In this document: positions 42,106 to 57,880 of the stretch, in pieces
How positions within the stretch are numbered: position 1 is the first letter of the stretch
Layout of the letters: each line of letters begins with the position of its first letter
From: the human T2T-CHM13v2.0 reference genome, Homo sapiens
Length of the DNA: 64,000 nucleotides
Assembly: GCF_009914755.1 (NCBI RefSeq)
Contig: NC_060926.1
Strand: one strand, 5' to 3'
The notes under the pieces: model-generated
The model's input: only the letters and a program-made list of their open reading frames with translations
What the model was told of the DNA's origin: nothing
Databases searched by the model: none
Made by a program: the position numbers and the translations under genes

Positions 42106-43080
42106 GCAGTTCTTTTTTCTGGTTTTGATGAACCAGTGTTTCCATTTGTTCTATTACAAGACTGTTCTTCTAATGATCTTTTGTAAGATCTGGATGTGAC
42201 AAGTAACTTCCATAAATATATACAAGTGGAGGCTGATAAGGCAGTGTTTATTTTACTTTTTAAAAATCCAAGGCTTACACTGTAAGAAGGTAGAGAAAAA
42301 GAGTGTATGAAATAAAGGAAAAGGGAAAAAGTTGGATCTTAGCAGGTATTTACAGAATGCTTAAAAATCTTACAAATTTAGGCAAAAATGGAAATGTTAA
42401 AATTTGAACCTTGTTCCCAAAGAACTAGGGAAGCTCCCTATTTGAATGAACCCCCAATTGTGTGAACCCTTCCTAAGAAGAGTTTTTAGAAGTGAAAAAG
42501 TCTGTAACATCAGGATTTGCTCCTTAATGTCTCTCTCGTGTAGCTGCACATGTGGAGTTTGTTAAAACACAGTGCATCGGTGTGTGTCTGGGAACAGGTC
42601 CATCTGGGAGAAAGGGAAATGGCAACACAAGCCCTTGACTTTAGGGGAAACATCCTTTCATCGTGCTTGCTTGTGTGTCCTGTGAAGTAAGGATTTTCTC
42701 CTCAAACTTAGGAGTTTTGTCTGGAAGCCACAGGAGTAGAAAGAGACTGAGGTTTCTTTGAGAAGAATTTAGCTTCTTAACTTGAGAAGGGGTTTTGTTT
42801 TGGGTAGAAAGCTTCTCACTGCAGTGGGTGATGTATTGCCATAAATGGGCTGAACAATGTTTTGCCCCTGTGAGGAGGGGCACAATAAGGCTGTTGACTG
42901 CTGCCCCTAACACTGACCTACCTTCTGTCTTTGCTTGAGATTTTGCCTTCAGGGTTTTCATGATGATGATGGTTTGAAGTCTCCGTGTGCATTAAAAGGC
43001 GAACCCTCCCTTCCCTCAACAAACAAAAACAAAACCCTTATAGAAAGATGGAATCCTAAGCCTTTCTTTCTTTTAAAAAA

Positions 43081-44166
<1,086 letters not shown>

Positions 44167-44589
44167 AAGGACCAACTGCTAGGTTTGTAGGCAGCTGGTT
44201 CCCTAAGTTGCACGTGATGCTTTCTAAAAATGCTTCTGGAAGTCAAAGGAGTGAAAGTTGAATAATTCAGTTGAACATTATTATGGAGGATTCCATTACC
44301 AGAAAACTAAAATGCATTACAAAATCCCCTCACTATGTCTCATTGTTCAGAAACAATTTCTGGTAATATTTCCAGCAGTTTGTTCTTTAAGAGAGTTTTT
44401 AAAAAATGTTCACGTGATCATCTGGGCAGCCTGTCAACCTGCTTAAGTTCTGGAAGGGCCCAGCTGAGGCTAAAGCTTTGACGATGTGCCCTATTAGCCT
44501 CTATACTCTGAAGTAGATCTATCGCTCTCATCACAAGGGCCAACATTTTAATTTTTTTCTAATTCATTGTTTCGATGGATTGATTGGTT

Positions 44590-44723
44590 TGTTTATTTAT
44601 TTATTTTGGAGATGAGGTCTTGCTGTGTTGCCCATACTGGTCTTGAACTCCTGAGCTCAAGCAATCTGCCTGCCTTGGCCTCCCAAAGTGCTGGGATTAC
44701 AGGCATGAGCCACCACACCCAGC
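44590..44723 (-). mobile_element. FLAM-C-like Alu monomer
   Basis: ggagatgaggtcttgctgtgttgccc...ctcctgagctcaagcaatctgcctgccttggcctcccaaagtgctgggattacaggcatgagccacc. Confidence 0.87.
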
Positions 44724-45639
44724 ATTTTGATTTTTTTTTTTTAAAGGGTAGGAGGCAATAAAGTATTCAAATAATTGTACAAACTCTTTAGGATCTAAGC
44801 TCTATCGGGGCAGGGACTGTGTTTATTTTCATCTCTGCTGTACCTTCATGACCTAAAACAGTGCCAGGATACAGTAGTCCTTAGGAAATATTTGTTAAAT
44901 GATTAAGGAATGGCCGTTGTAAATGGTGCCAGGTAAAAATGGCAAAGCTGTGGAGGTGGCTGAGTTGCTTGGCTGGCAGAAAGCATCCTGTGACACGTGA
45001 CCGCCAGCTGACGGCTGAGCGTCCACGTGTGGCCTGTGTGCTGTTTGAAGGCTGAAGGGATGAAAATCAAGAACTGCCTGTAATAGGTGGGTTTGAGTCA
45101 CCAGGGTCATTGGCAGAGTGGCTGGAGCTTAGAAGACAGACTTCACCTGCTTAATTACAGATGTTGCTCAGGCCACTCAACCTCTCCCTGCCTGTAACGA
45201 TGGCCCTTCTAGCCGCGACACTACCAGGCCAACTAGAAACACCTGGCTCTGCCTGGAGAAGAACCTATTTTGCTTTTATTTTTAATTTTTTTAAACATAA
45301 ATCAAACCAGCGTCTTTTGGATTTAACATTCACTTCCTGTACTGCATGAGGCCTTCGTCAGCCTTCTTTGTTTTAGAAATGATGGGGTTTTTTTTTGACT
45401 TAAGAAAAAAATACCCTCTGTGATTTGTTTCCCTTGAATCAATCTGTCTTTTGGACTTAATTTAAATCAGACTTACCCTCCCTCCCTTCCACTATTTTTA
45501 TGCTGAACTTATATTGTATATCATGGGTCATATGTCCCTATGATCCAGCTTTAAAATAAGTGTATGGCCAGTGCCTTTCAGCCCCTGGGCACCCTTCACT
45601 GACTTTGTCTTTGCCATTTTTTCCCCCAATGGGGGAAAG

Positions 45640-46760
<1,121 letters not shown>

Positions 46761-47084
46761 GAATGAAACTTGGTGGATCTTGAACAAATCATGTCACATA
46801 TCTGGGCTTCCAAATATGTTTCTGCTTGGGCCAATGAGTATACTGATGCATTCTCACCCTGCTAACTCAATAGGTGGCAGTGGCAAAATGAGCTGATGTG
46901 CATGAAAGCTCATTTTGAAAGTGAAGCACCACACACTTGTATAATGTAGAAAGTCTAGTTTTCTTTCTATCGTCCTACTGCCTCCATTTTTATACATAAT
47001 ATACTTCCTGGAAATCTTTTTTGTTACTGGAGCTGCTTTTATTTCATTGTACTTTTAGTGCCTTATTAAACTAGTATCAGTTTG

Positions 47085-47235
47085 TTTACTAATTATCCGT
47101 TTGCCCCTCTAGAATGTAAGCTCCCGAGGACAAGAATCTTATCTAAGTTGTTTATCATTGTATCCCCAGCAAGCTGGAATAGTGCCTGGCATACAGTACC
47201 TGCTCAGTAAGTATTTGTTTAATGAATGACTGAAT
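47085..47235 (+). mobile_element. L2 3' end
   Basis: ctagaatgtaagctccc...ttgtatccccagc...atagtgcctggcatacagta...tatttgtttaatgaatgactgaat. Confidence 0.85.
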
Positions 47236-49121
47236 CAGAGGTGTTAATAGTAGCCATGTTATCATTGCCACGTAATCACCCAAATGCTGTGTTTAGGGGT
47301 TGCTCCTTGTTCAGATAACTTGCAAACTTACATAGTGTACTGATCCATGTAACTCTGGCCTTCTCCTTTTCAGAGAGGATGGGTGGAGTCAGAGGAAGGG
47401 AATTGTGCCTTTGGGAGCTGAGGTTTTAGACTTGTAGCTGGGGCCCCCTGATGGGCTGGCACTCCTCTGAAGGCAGATTTCTAGGGTGAGAACAGAATTT
47501 CCCAGGCCATTTTCTTTGCCCTTCTGTATGGTTGCTGTCAAGTTTACTGCTTTTTCAAACCCTGTTAGCTTTTGCTTTGTTACTATAGGAACAAGAGCTG
47601 GTAGTCTGGGGGAAATATATGTGCATGTGAGTGCTGGGGAGGGGGTGTAGTGGCTGTGGTGGCTGTGGACTGAAGGGAGTGAGGACAGCAGAAGATGTTC
47701 ACCGCTGAAGTCTCTCTGGGGGCCCTGCCCACTTTGGCCAGTGCTCTCTTCAGAGAGTTTTTGACTTTGCATGGTACACTCTTGGGGAACAGGCATCCCT
47801 TTGTAGATCTGCAGCACTCTCCTGGCACCCATCCAGTCCTTCAGTGGAACATCTGGAAAGCCTCGGCCCCTCCCCATGCCAAAGCCACTGAGCCCTGGAG
47901 ACAGAGATCAATGACCTCTTCTTTGCTGCTCCTTAACCCGTGTCCCAGACAAGTGTTTTTCTGGGAACCAGTGAATAACGCAGATCTTTGATGCCAGCGC
48001 TTGTGTGCTGTTGCAGTAACACTTTCACTTTTGATGATAGGGTGGGGGCAGAGGAAGGGCCTCGGTAGGGAGAGCAACGAGAATTTGGCTTTTCAGGAAA
48101 TCAGAACTCAAGTGGGGAGGCTTGCTTCCTACTCACTGGTTTTCTGGCTGGGAAAACAGCAGGCTGAGCCATTGCCTGATGTGAATGCTCCTTCGTGCTG
48201 GGGCTGGTATTAGGGGTAGGGGTGGGCTTGAGGCTAGAGACTAATTTGGTTCTAACCTCCACAGGCAATCCTTGTAACTCCTGGGAGATAATGCTGAAAA
48301 AGTGCATGGTGATTTTTCATGCATGTAGTTTATAACACACTGAGTTATGCTGAACACAGTGAAAAGAACTTACGATATATAATAGATTGGGGGTAAATAT
48401 GCTATGTAATTACCTGCTCTGCAGTAATGTTTTACAACCCATGTATTAGGTTGCATATCTAACAGTTATCAAAAATATATACATTATATATACATACAAT
48501 AGCAAAAAAATATAGAGTAGAAATGCCCTTAGCCCATTCTTCAATAAATACCTCTTCGCATGAGGCTTCAGGTCCCCAAGACTGGCTTATTTTCAGTGTT
48601 ACTAAAATAAATTTTCTTTTATTCTCCCTTCTCTCTTGCACATTGTAGGTACTCACTAAATGCCATTTGAACTGTTGGCGAGAATGAAACTAGAGTTTTC
48701 CTTGACCCAGAAACTGCTGTAGGTTTACTTCACTGATGAACCTGCCTAGGTAGTGCACAAAGTGCCAGGTCAAAACAGCAGAATATTGAAGGCAAGGTAA
48801 ATGTTTACAGCTGAAGGGCACTGGTAACTCCTATAATGGAGTAATTAACAACCATTATAAAGTTTTAGGTTTATTTTTATATATTAATGAAGAGAGGTTT
48901 TGAAAATAAATGGTTAAGTAAAAAAAGTAAGTTGGAATAGTAGCTATACTGTGATCCCATTTGTGTGAAAATGAGGAAAGAAACACAAAAACATACGCCA
49001 GCATAGTGTACACACACACAAATTTACCTCTGAAAAGTGGAGATGGGGACCAAGGGACTTATGCTCCCCACGTAGCCTTTTAACTCATTAACATTTTTGC
49101 TGTGAGTTTATATGTATGTAA

Positions 49122-49187
49122 AACAATAACTGCCCTGGAGAATGGTCTTAGGTACTACCCCGCCACCCTAGTGTAACCTTTCTTCTT
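49122..49187 (+). repeat. 66-bp dispersed direct repeat, copy 1
   Basis: 60/66 identical to 51350-51415. Confidence 0.92.
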
Positions 49188-49188
49188 G

Positions 49189-49191
<3 letters not shown>

Positions 49192-49236
<45 letters not shown>
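49192..49236. repeat. (CA)n microsatellite, ~22 units
   Basis: Uninterrupted acacac run. Confidence 0.97.
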
Positions 49237-49242
<6 letters not shown>

Positions 49243-51225
49243 CAAATCTGTTACTCTGAATTCTTCATTGTGTTCCTTCCTGGTTTACCAGGACTACTTC
49301 CATTTCCCTCCAACAGTCTGCCTCCTCCTCATCCGTCCAGGTCTCACCACCTCCATGTCACCTCCTGGATCCCTCTCCAGTGGAACTTGGCCTTCTTTGA
49401 AGAGCCACAGAACTTCCTGGTCATACCACCTAGTGGTGCATTAGGCCGGAGATTGTTCCATCTTTTTTCTTGGTGTCAGCTCCTCTAACCAGACTGTCAG
49501 AAGTGAGCATGGTACTGTGTACAAGAATGCATCAGGCATTGCCTACCTGTGCAGTCAGAGGGGTAGGGGATTCTTTGGCTGGATCTTCTGGTTTTCTGTG
49601 TCCCTGGAGCTGGGCTCAGTCACTAACTTCTGCACTTCTGGGAAACCAATTGCCAAGTTACCCTACAGATCACGGGAACCAGGTCACAATGCGCAGGGCT
49701 TTGGGGATTGCTAGGACTCAGAGCAGGCAGCTTATTACCAAAAGTCAGCTCTATTCTGCTCCCCAAGGCTGTGTGTGTTTATATGTGTGTGGTGTGTGTA
49801 CATACATGCATGCAAATGTGTACACACATGCACCCATAATCACCTGCGCAGGGTGCCCCTAGGCTCAAAGCTTCGCAGGGGCTGCATTCACATTGAAAAC
49901 TTAGGGACCCTGTGCCCCAGATCAGGGCCTTCTGGCTGAGATCCATTTTGAAAAACAGCCTTACTCACTCTCTAATCTACTCCCTGGTGTCTCCACCCCC
50001 TCTACTTGCTGTGGCCCCACTGCTGGAGGAGAAGAGAGCAGTTGGGGACAATATGTGTGGTTTGAGGGACTGGGGGGTTGTGGGAGAGGGAAGCTGAACC
50101 CACAGTTTGTCCTGTTAGTGTGTGCTTGCGGTTCCTGGAAGTTGGGTATGCAGAATTAGGCTACTCATTTCCTGGCAGCTCATAGCCTCCAGTCTAGACC
50201 CTACTGTCTAGGGTCTAGGATACTTTGGTAGGAAGATCTTGACTCTTCAGGAAAATGGAAGGTCTCAGGGCCACCCACTGTGTTGCCTATATAATGTAGC
50301 CCTTGGTATCTCCTACATAAAGGTAGGAAAACTCTTTTGTACCCTCAAAGGGCTTAAAATTTAGTCTTAGAGACAGGCTTGTCTGCAAACACAATACCAG
50401 GGTAAAATAGCACTTGCAAAGTCCCAAAGGCTGCTCCGTGATGAATCAGGACCCCAAACAGCTCTACCTGCAAGGGCCAGAGTGGTGCCTGCCTTCCCTC
50501 CCTCCCTTCTTCTTGCCCTACCTTCCTTGTTTGTTAGGTGCTCACGGGCCAACCCTGGGGATGCAAAGAGGAGTCACAGGCAGTCCCTACTCTCAAGGAG
50601 TTCATGTTTTAGTAGTAGAAATAGGCGTTTAAGCAGAGTAAGTGCAATCCAGTGCCACAGATTTAGGAGCTCATTCTGTTCAGGATGCATTGAGGCTTAA
50701 CAGATGACCTGGCCAGCTCTTCCTGGCTCGGAATACGGCTTGCAAGCAGAGATGGCTCTTTTTTGCTAGGGGGAGGACAAGTGGTCATGATAGCAGGCTT
50801 CATCTGGGTGTGTAGGAGATGAGCTCTCAGGGTGGGAAGGGCTAAGCTAGACAGTAGGGACGGGAATGGTGCGCCTGGCTGCACTGGAGAGTCTAAAAGG
50901 GGGCATTGCATCCTGCTGGGCAGCAGACGGCCCAATTCAAAGGCCATAGAGGTTGCAAGTCTGACCCTGCCATTGGTGTCCTAGACTAGCTCTCACTTTT
51001 CCAGGTTTCAATTTCCTTGTTTGTAGAATGGCAATAGTAAAACTGCCCTTCCTACAGCTACTTTTTTGTAGAGGAGGAATCTGAGGCTCTGGTTTAACTG
51101 GTTGGAGAGAATGCCAGGATTCAGCCTGGGTGTGAATCCTTCTACCCCTCAAAGAGCGTCATTCTGCTCTCTCTGGCTGCTCCCCACAGCAGAATGGATA
51201 CCCTCAACATCAGTCCCATTGGCCT

Positions 51226-51360
51226 AGGGGGCCTCAATCTTCTGATATTGCATGCAAAATTTTCTGTACGTTCTGGGAACGCATTTTAAGGGACGAAGGT
51301 TCATGGCTTTGCTCCAGCTCTCAGAAGAAGGCAAGACCTCAGAAAGCCTAACAATAACTG
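51226..51360. mobile_element. Degenerate hAT-type MITE (family uncertain)
   Basis: tagggggcctcaatc...gcatgcaaaatttt...ggttcatggctttgctccagctctcagaag...gacctcagaaagcctaacaataactg resembles short hAT-Charlie MITEs. Confidence 0.45.
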
Positions 51361-51415
51361 CCCTGGAGAATGGTCTTAAGTCCTACCACACCACCCTCAT
51401 GTAACCTTTCTTCTT
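51350..51415 (+). repeat. 66-bp dispersed direct repeat, copy 2
   Basis: 60/66 identical to 49122-49187. Confidence 0.92.
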
Positions 51416-51869
51416 ATCCTTCAACATTTTTAGGAACAATAGACTGTCCTAAGTAGTTATTTTTCACTTGAAAGAAACATAAAACATTGTAATAGAAATA
51501 TTTTTTTAATGTAAACATAATTGCCTTCTTAATGTACTGAGAATGAACTGAATGAACACAACTTAAGGGCTTAATGTCTTACACATTTTTATGAACATCG
51601 GTTATTGGTTTGTGCTCTTCTGAAGAGTATAGGGAGCATAGGATTTATTCCCATACCAAGGGATCCCAGGTTGCTTGCTTTCTTCTTTAATTCCTCCCCA
51701 ACCATTCCTATGGATTATAAAGAGATATTTCATGTATAATTGTTTGCGTGGGAGCCCGAGGATGACTTCAGCTTCTCTTTTGAGGTAGAGTACTTGCTTT
51801 CATAATCATCTCTTGCTGCTTGGAGCTCTGGATTCATAGCAATATGGAGCTGTGTTTCAGGCTTCAGAG

Positions 51870-52432
51870 CAGGGGGCCTCGAACTTGAGAATACATCAAC
51901 ATCACCTGCAGGGCCAGTTACAGCTTGCTGGGCTCCACCTTCACAATTTCTGATTCTGGCGTTCTGGGGTGAAGCCGAAAATTTACATTCCTAAGTTCTC
52001 AGGTAACCTGAGACCTCTGGTCGTAAGACCAAGTTTTGAGAAGCTCTGTTTTAGAGTAGGACATCTCAAACTTTATTGTCCATATAAGTTACCTGGGGAA
52101 CTTGTTAAAATGCGGATTCTGAATCAGAAAATCTGGGGTGGTGCCTGAGATTCTGCTTTTCTAACCAGCTCCTAGGCGATGCCAGTTCTGCTAGTCTGTG
52201 GAACAGGCTTTATGTAGAAAGACTTGAAAGCAGTGATTCTCAACCCTCTTTAATCAATTGGAATTCTCAACCTATTTTAATCACATGAGGAACTTGTGGC
52301 AAAAGGAGGAGGAGGAGGAGAAAAAAAGAGTCATACCCCCAAATAGATGATAAATCAGAATCTCAGAGGGTAGGGCTTGGACATAGGTATAGCTCCCCAG
52401 GTGATTTGAATGTGCACTCAAGGTTGAGAATA
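51870..52432. mobile_element. Three adjacent MER5-family hAT MITEs
   Basis: Three units (~51870-52048, ~52056-52225, ~52231-52432) carrying MER5 text such as atcacctg..., gattctg...ctggggtg..., cccaggtgat...ttgagaa. Confidence 0.72.
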
Positions 52433-52503
52433 TCTCTCTTAAGGTTGTGTGGCTGCTGGAAAGTCTGTCCTCTAAATAAATGGAGGATCGTAGTCTTGAA
52501 TAG

Positions 52504-53194
52504 TGCTATGTGTTGAATATGTCCCCTCCAAAATTCAGATGTTGTGCATGTGATAGTATTAAGCGCTGGGGTTTTGAAGAGATTATTAAGCCGTGAGAGA
52601 GACTCGCTTGTGAATGAAAAGAAGGACCTTGTAACAGAAGCTCCATCAGCATTCAGCCTGCTTGCCTTTCCAACATGTGAGGCTGCTGTGCTTCTCCCCT
52701 GTGGAGTCTCACAATATTGGAAGCAGAGAGCAGCCCTCATCAAACAACTGAACCTGCCAGTGCCCTGATCTTGGACTTCTCAGCCTGCAGAACTCTGAGA
52801 AAATAAGTTTCTTCTTCTTCTTCTTTTTTTTTTTTTTTTTTTTGAGACGAGTTCTCACTCTGTCATCCAGGCAGGAGTGCAGTGATACAATTAAAATTCA
52901 CTGCAGCCTCAACCTCACAGGCTCAAGTGATCCTACTGCTTCAGCCTCCCAAGTAGCTGAGACCACAGGTGCATGCCACCACACCCAGCTGATTTATCTT
53001 CATATTTTGTAGAGACACAGTTTCCCTGTGTTGCCCAGGCTGGTCTCGAACTTCTGGGGTTGAGAGACCCTCTCTCCTCAACCTCCCAAAGTGCTGGGAT
53101 TACAGGCATGAGCCACCGTGCCCAGCAGTTCGTTTTCTTTATAAATTACCCAGTCCCAGATATTTTGTTACAGCAGCACAAATGGGCTAAAACA
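52504..53194 (+). mobile_element. MaLR solo LTR (MSTC/MSTD-like) interrupted by AluJ
   Basis: tgctatgtgttgaatatgtcccctccaaaattca...atcttggacttctcagcctgcagaactctgagaaaataa [Alu] tttataaattacccagtc...ttttgttacagcagcacaaatgggctaaaaca. Confidence 0.85.
52810..53127 (-). mobile_element. AluJ-type SINE
   Basis: (CTT)n/poly-T tail, then cactgcagcctcaacctc...gctcaagtgatcc...gagccaccgtgcccagc. Confidence 0.9.
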
Positions 53195-53280
53195 GCAGTT
53201 CATTGCTTTCCACCTGGGGTTTTACATGTGAATCATCTGGAAGGCTTTAAAAGATATGGGTGAGATAATATGTCTGGGAT

Positions 53281-53614
<334 letters not shown>

Positions 53615-53664
53615 TGGGATTTTCTTCAGACTAACAATGGCGGGGAAGCAGGCGACGGTGTTAA

Positions 53665-53866
53665 TCTGCGTTGTTCAGGATGTAGCCACTAGCCACCTGT
53701 GGCTATTTACGTTAATTAAAACTTAAAAAATTAAATTCAGTTCCCCTGTGACACCAGCCACATTTCAAGTGCTCAATAGTCAACATGCGTCCAGGGGCTG
53801 CCATACTGCACAGTGCAGATCTAGCACATTTACATCATTGTGGAAAATTCTATTGGCCAGCACTGG
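53665..53866 (-). mobile_element. MER3-type hAT-Charlie MITE
   Basis: gtagccactagccacctgtggcta...ccacatttcaagtgctcaatag...ttctattggccagcactg. Confidence 0.85.
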
Positions 53867-54285
53867 CACATGAAATAACATTGGCTATGCGTTAATAATT
53901 GTTGAAGCTGGGTGATTGGAGCTCTTGGGGTTCATTATCCTTTATTGTCTACCTTCATATGTCTTTAACTTTTACCATGATAGACTATTTAAAAAAGATG
54001 CACAGGTCCCACTCCAGACCAGCTAAATCAGAATCCTTAGGGGTGGGGTCCAGGCCTCTGTTGTTTCAGCAGCTCCCCAAGGTGCCTCTAACATGTAGTC
54101 AGAGTTGAGCCTCACTGGGCTGAATAGGTGTGCTGAAGAATGATTGTCCTGCTTGCCTCTCAGACGTGTAGCAAAATCCAGACAGAAAAACAGTAGAAAA
54201 GGCATTGGAAAGTGTCAAGCACCAAATGCACCTAAGAGGTTTGTTGCTTTTTCTTGTTCTGAGCCTTGCTACTGAGGCCTTGGAA

Positions 54286-54452
54286 TAGGGTCGCCAGGAT
54301 TAGCAAACAAAAACCTGGGAGGCACAATTAAATTCGAACTTGAGACAAACTGAATAATTTTTAAACTTTTAAAGTATAAGTATATTCCATGCAAGATTTG
54401 GGATATAAGTAAATATACTACAAGGTTATTTGTATTTTACCTGGCAACCCTA
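54286..54452. mobile_element. MER53 palindromic hAT MITE
   Basis: TIRs tagggtcgccag...ctggcaacccta; interior attaaattcgaac...gtataagtatattcc. Confidence 0.85.
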
Positions 54453-54624
54453 TGTTGGAGCCTCCTTCCCTGCTGCAGCCAACAGGGGTAGAGGATCTGA
54501 GCTGCTTATTTGTAACTGAAAGTCCATGGGACTGCTTTTATTTGGGGGAATTTTTCTGTTAACTGTCATTATGAAAGTGATCACGATGAGAGATTCAGAT
54601 TTATTTTTAAAATTCGGTGGAGGA

Positions 54625-54830
54625 ATATCTCCTCATTGATTTAGATCTTTGATTTTTTTCATCAGAGGTTTTGTTTTCCTGCTATAGATTTTGCATATCT
54701 TTTGTTAGATTTATACCTGAGGGTTTTGTCTTTTTGGAGTGTGTGTGTGTGCACGTGTGTGCTAATGTGTTTTTAAGTTCAAATTTATTGCTGGCATATA
54801 GCAGTTGATTTTTGTATATTATCCTTGTGA
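54625..54830 (-). mobile_element. Old L1 ORF2 fragment
   Basis: tttagatctttgatttttttcatcag...ttttgttagatttatacct...ttgctggcatatag...gatttttgtatatt. Confidence 0.65.
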
Positions 54831-55424
54831 AAGGAGCAAAAGACCTGATGGAGCTGTTGTTTGGGGGCCTTTCATCCTACCTCATCACTTCTGCAGGACA
54901 GCCCCTTGGGAAGCCCCCAGGTCACTTGTTTTGGGGCTCCTGAACGTCTCACTAGTTGGCCACAGGAAGTCCACTTGAAGTTTTTAAAAAGAGGGCGTAT
55001 CATTGTTTTGATGCCTCATTCCCGCCAGGTTTTTCTATGGCCCCACATGGTCACAGCTTTTGAACTGCTTTTTGCTTTTTGGCTGCATTGTTCTCCGTGA
55101 GTGGTGGGTTCAGTCCTGGCTTCATACTGAAATATCTGCAAAGTTTTAAAAACAAACAAACAAACAAAAAACAAACAAACAAAAACACCCATGCCTGGTC
55201 TGGTTGGGGGGTGTAACGGAGCTTTTTTTTTTTTTTTTTTTTTTGTTCTCCAGGTGATTCTACAGCCCAGCTTGGGTTAAGAACATCTTCCCTAAAGTCT
55301 CAAACACCAAAATCCCCTTTCCTGTCCAAAAAAAAAAAAAAAAAAAAAACTTTTTAGGGCAGTTAGTCCATCTTAGGTAAGGAAGGAAGGAAAACTGATT
55401 AAATGAATGTACACTAAGGTATAA

Positions 55425-55643
<219 letters not shown>

Positions 55644-55645
55644 TA

Positions 55646-56051
<406 letters not shown>

Positions 56052-56459
56052 TCAGGCAAAGAAAAAAAGTTCATTTGGTGCATGGGTTTTCTTGACTTTC
56101 TAGGTTCTTTGTGATAGGTGATCTACTTTTTAGCTGAATTTAGGAGCTGATAGAAATATTTGAGAAACAATCTGTAAAATATTTGGCTAAATACTTCAAA
56201 TTTAAAAATCAGTAACTTGATATTAATGACTGAAGATTCATGAATAGCTTTAGAAGAATGCAGCTTGTACTAAATGTTAGCCACTATTGTTATTATCCTT
56301 ATGACCAAGATACTGTGCATTCCGGCCATATCTTCAGGGAAGAGAGGATTACATGAGGGAATCCATTCTCTGTCCTGGTTAAAACTGTTTGTGACACTGC
56401 TAGTAATCGCTCATAACAATGAAAGTCACAAAATATTGCTAACGATGGTAACAAACACA

Positions 56460-57012
<553 letters not shown>

Positions 57013-57654
57013 CCATTACATTTTTCTATGGAGGAGCTCGGTGACTGAGGATAAACTGCTCTCCTTCCTGGCCTGCAGTGTCCTTCCCTGCAAGCCAGGT
57101 CATTTGGATTTGCCTTCCCATCAGGCCCATTGCAGCTACCTCTGAAGGGCTCCTCACATCTGAGTCCTTTCTTTTAAACAGCCCTCAAGTATTACTCTAC
57201 TCACTCTGGGGAGGAAAGTCAGGAGGACTGCTGGTTGACTAGGTTGCTAGAAATGCAGAACCCAAGACACAGAGTGCAATTCATGGAGTACTTGGGGTAA
57301 GGGGATCCTAGGAAAGGGGTCTGACCAGCCTTAAGGAGAAAGATCCTGTGTAGACTCAGCTATTAGCAGCACGCTCCAGTGTTTGTGTGCATGTTCGAGA
57401 TGCTAACTTGTTTTAAAGGTATAACTGGGGGGAGAACCTCTTTATACTCAGTCATTGTATTTTAACATCAGCTATTGATTTGGGCACTTAAGTGATGTTC
57501 TTTAATGAAAGAATTCACATTCAGGGGTTTTGTTGTTGTTATCTCTATTTCTCTTGCTCTCTCATCAGCCATGCAGAGCAGAATTTCAGCCCATTTCTCT
57601 TGAGCATCATGGAATCAGTTTGGAAAGTAGGGAGATGTGTGAGGTAGTCAAGGG

Positions 57655-57880
57655 GGAAGAGCCTCGTGGTCAAGGGTGTAGTTTTTGGAGCCAGACACAG
57701 TTTGTTCAAATCCAGTTTCTATCGGTTACCTTAAGCCATGTCATCTTGGGCAGACTTCTTTAATGGTTCTAAATATGGATTTCCTCACTTGTGAGTGGGG
57801 GTGCTAATTCTCTCTCCTTCGCTTGTAGTGGTCAAACGAGGTGAGTAACGTACTGGGCACATAGTGAGCGCTTGGTGATG
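57655..57880 (+). mobile_element. MIR SINE
   Basis: tttggagccagac...gttcaaatccag...tcttgggcagacttcttta...tttcctcacttgtga...ggcacatagtgagcgct. Confidence 0.7.
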
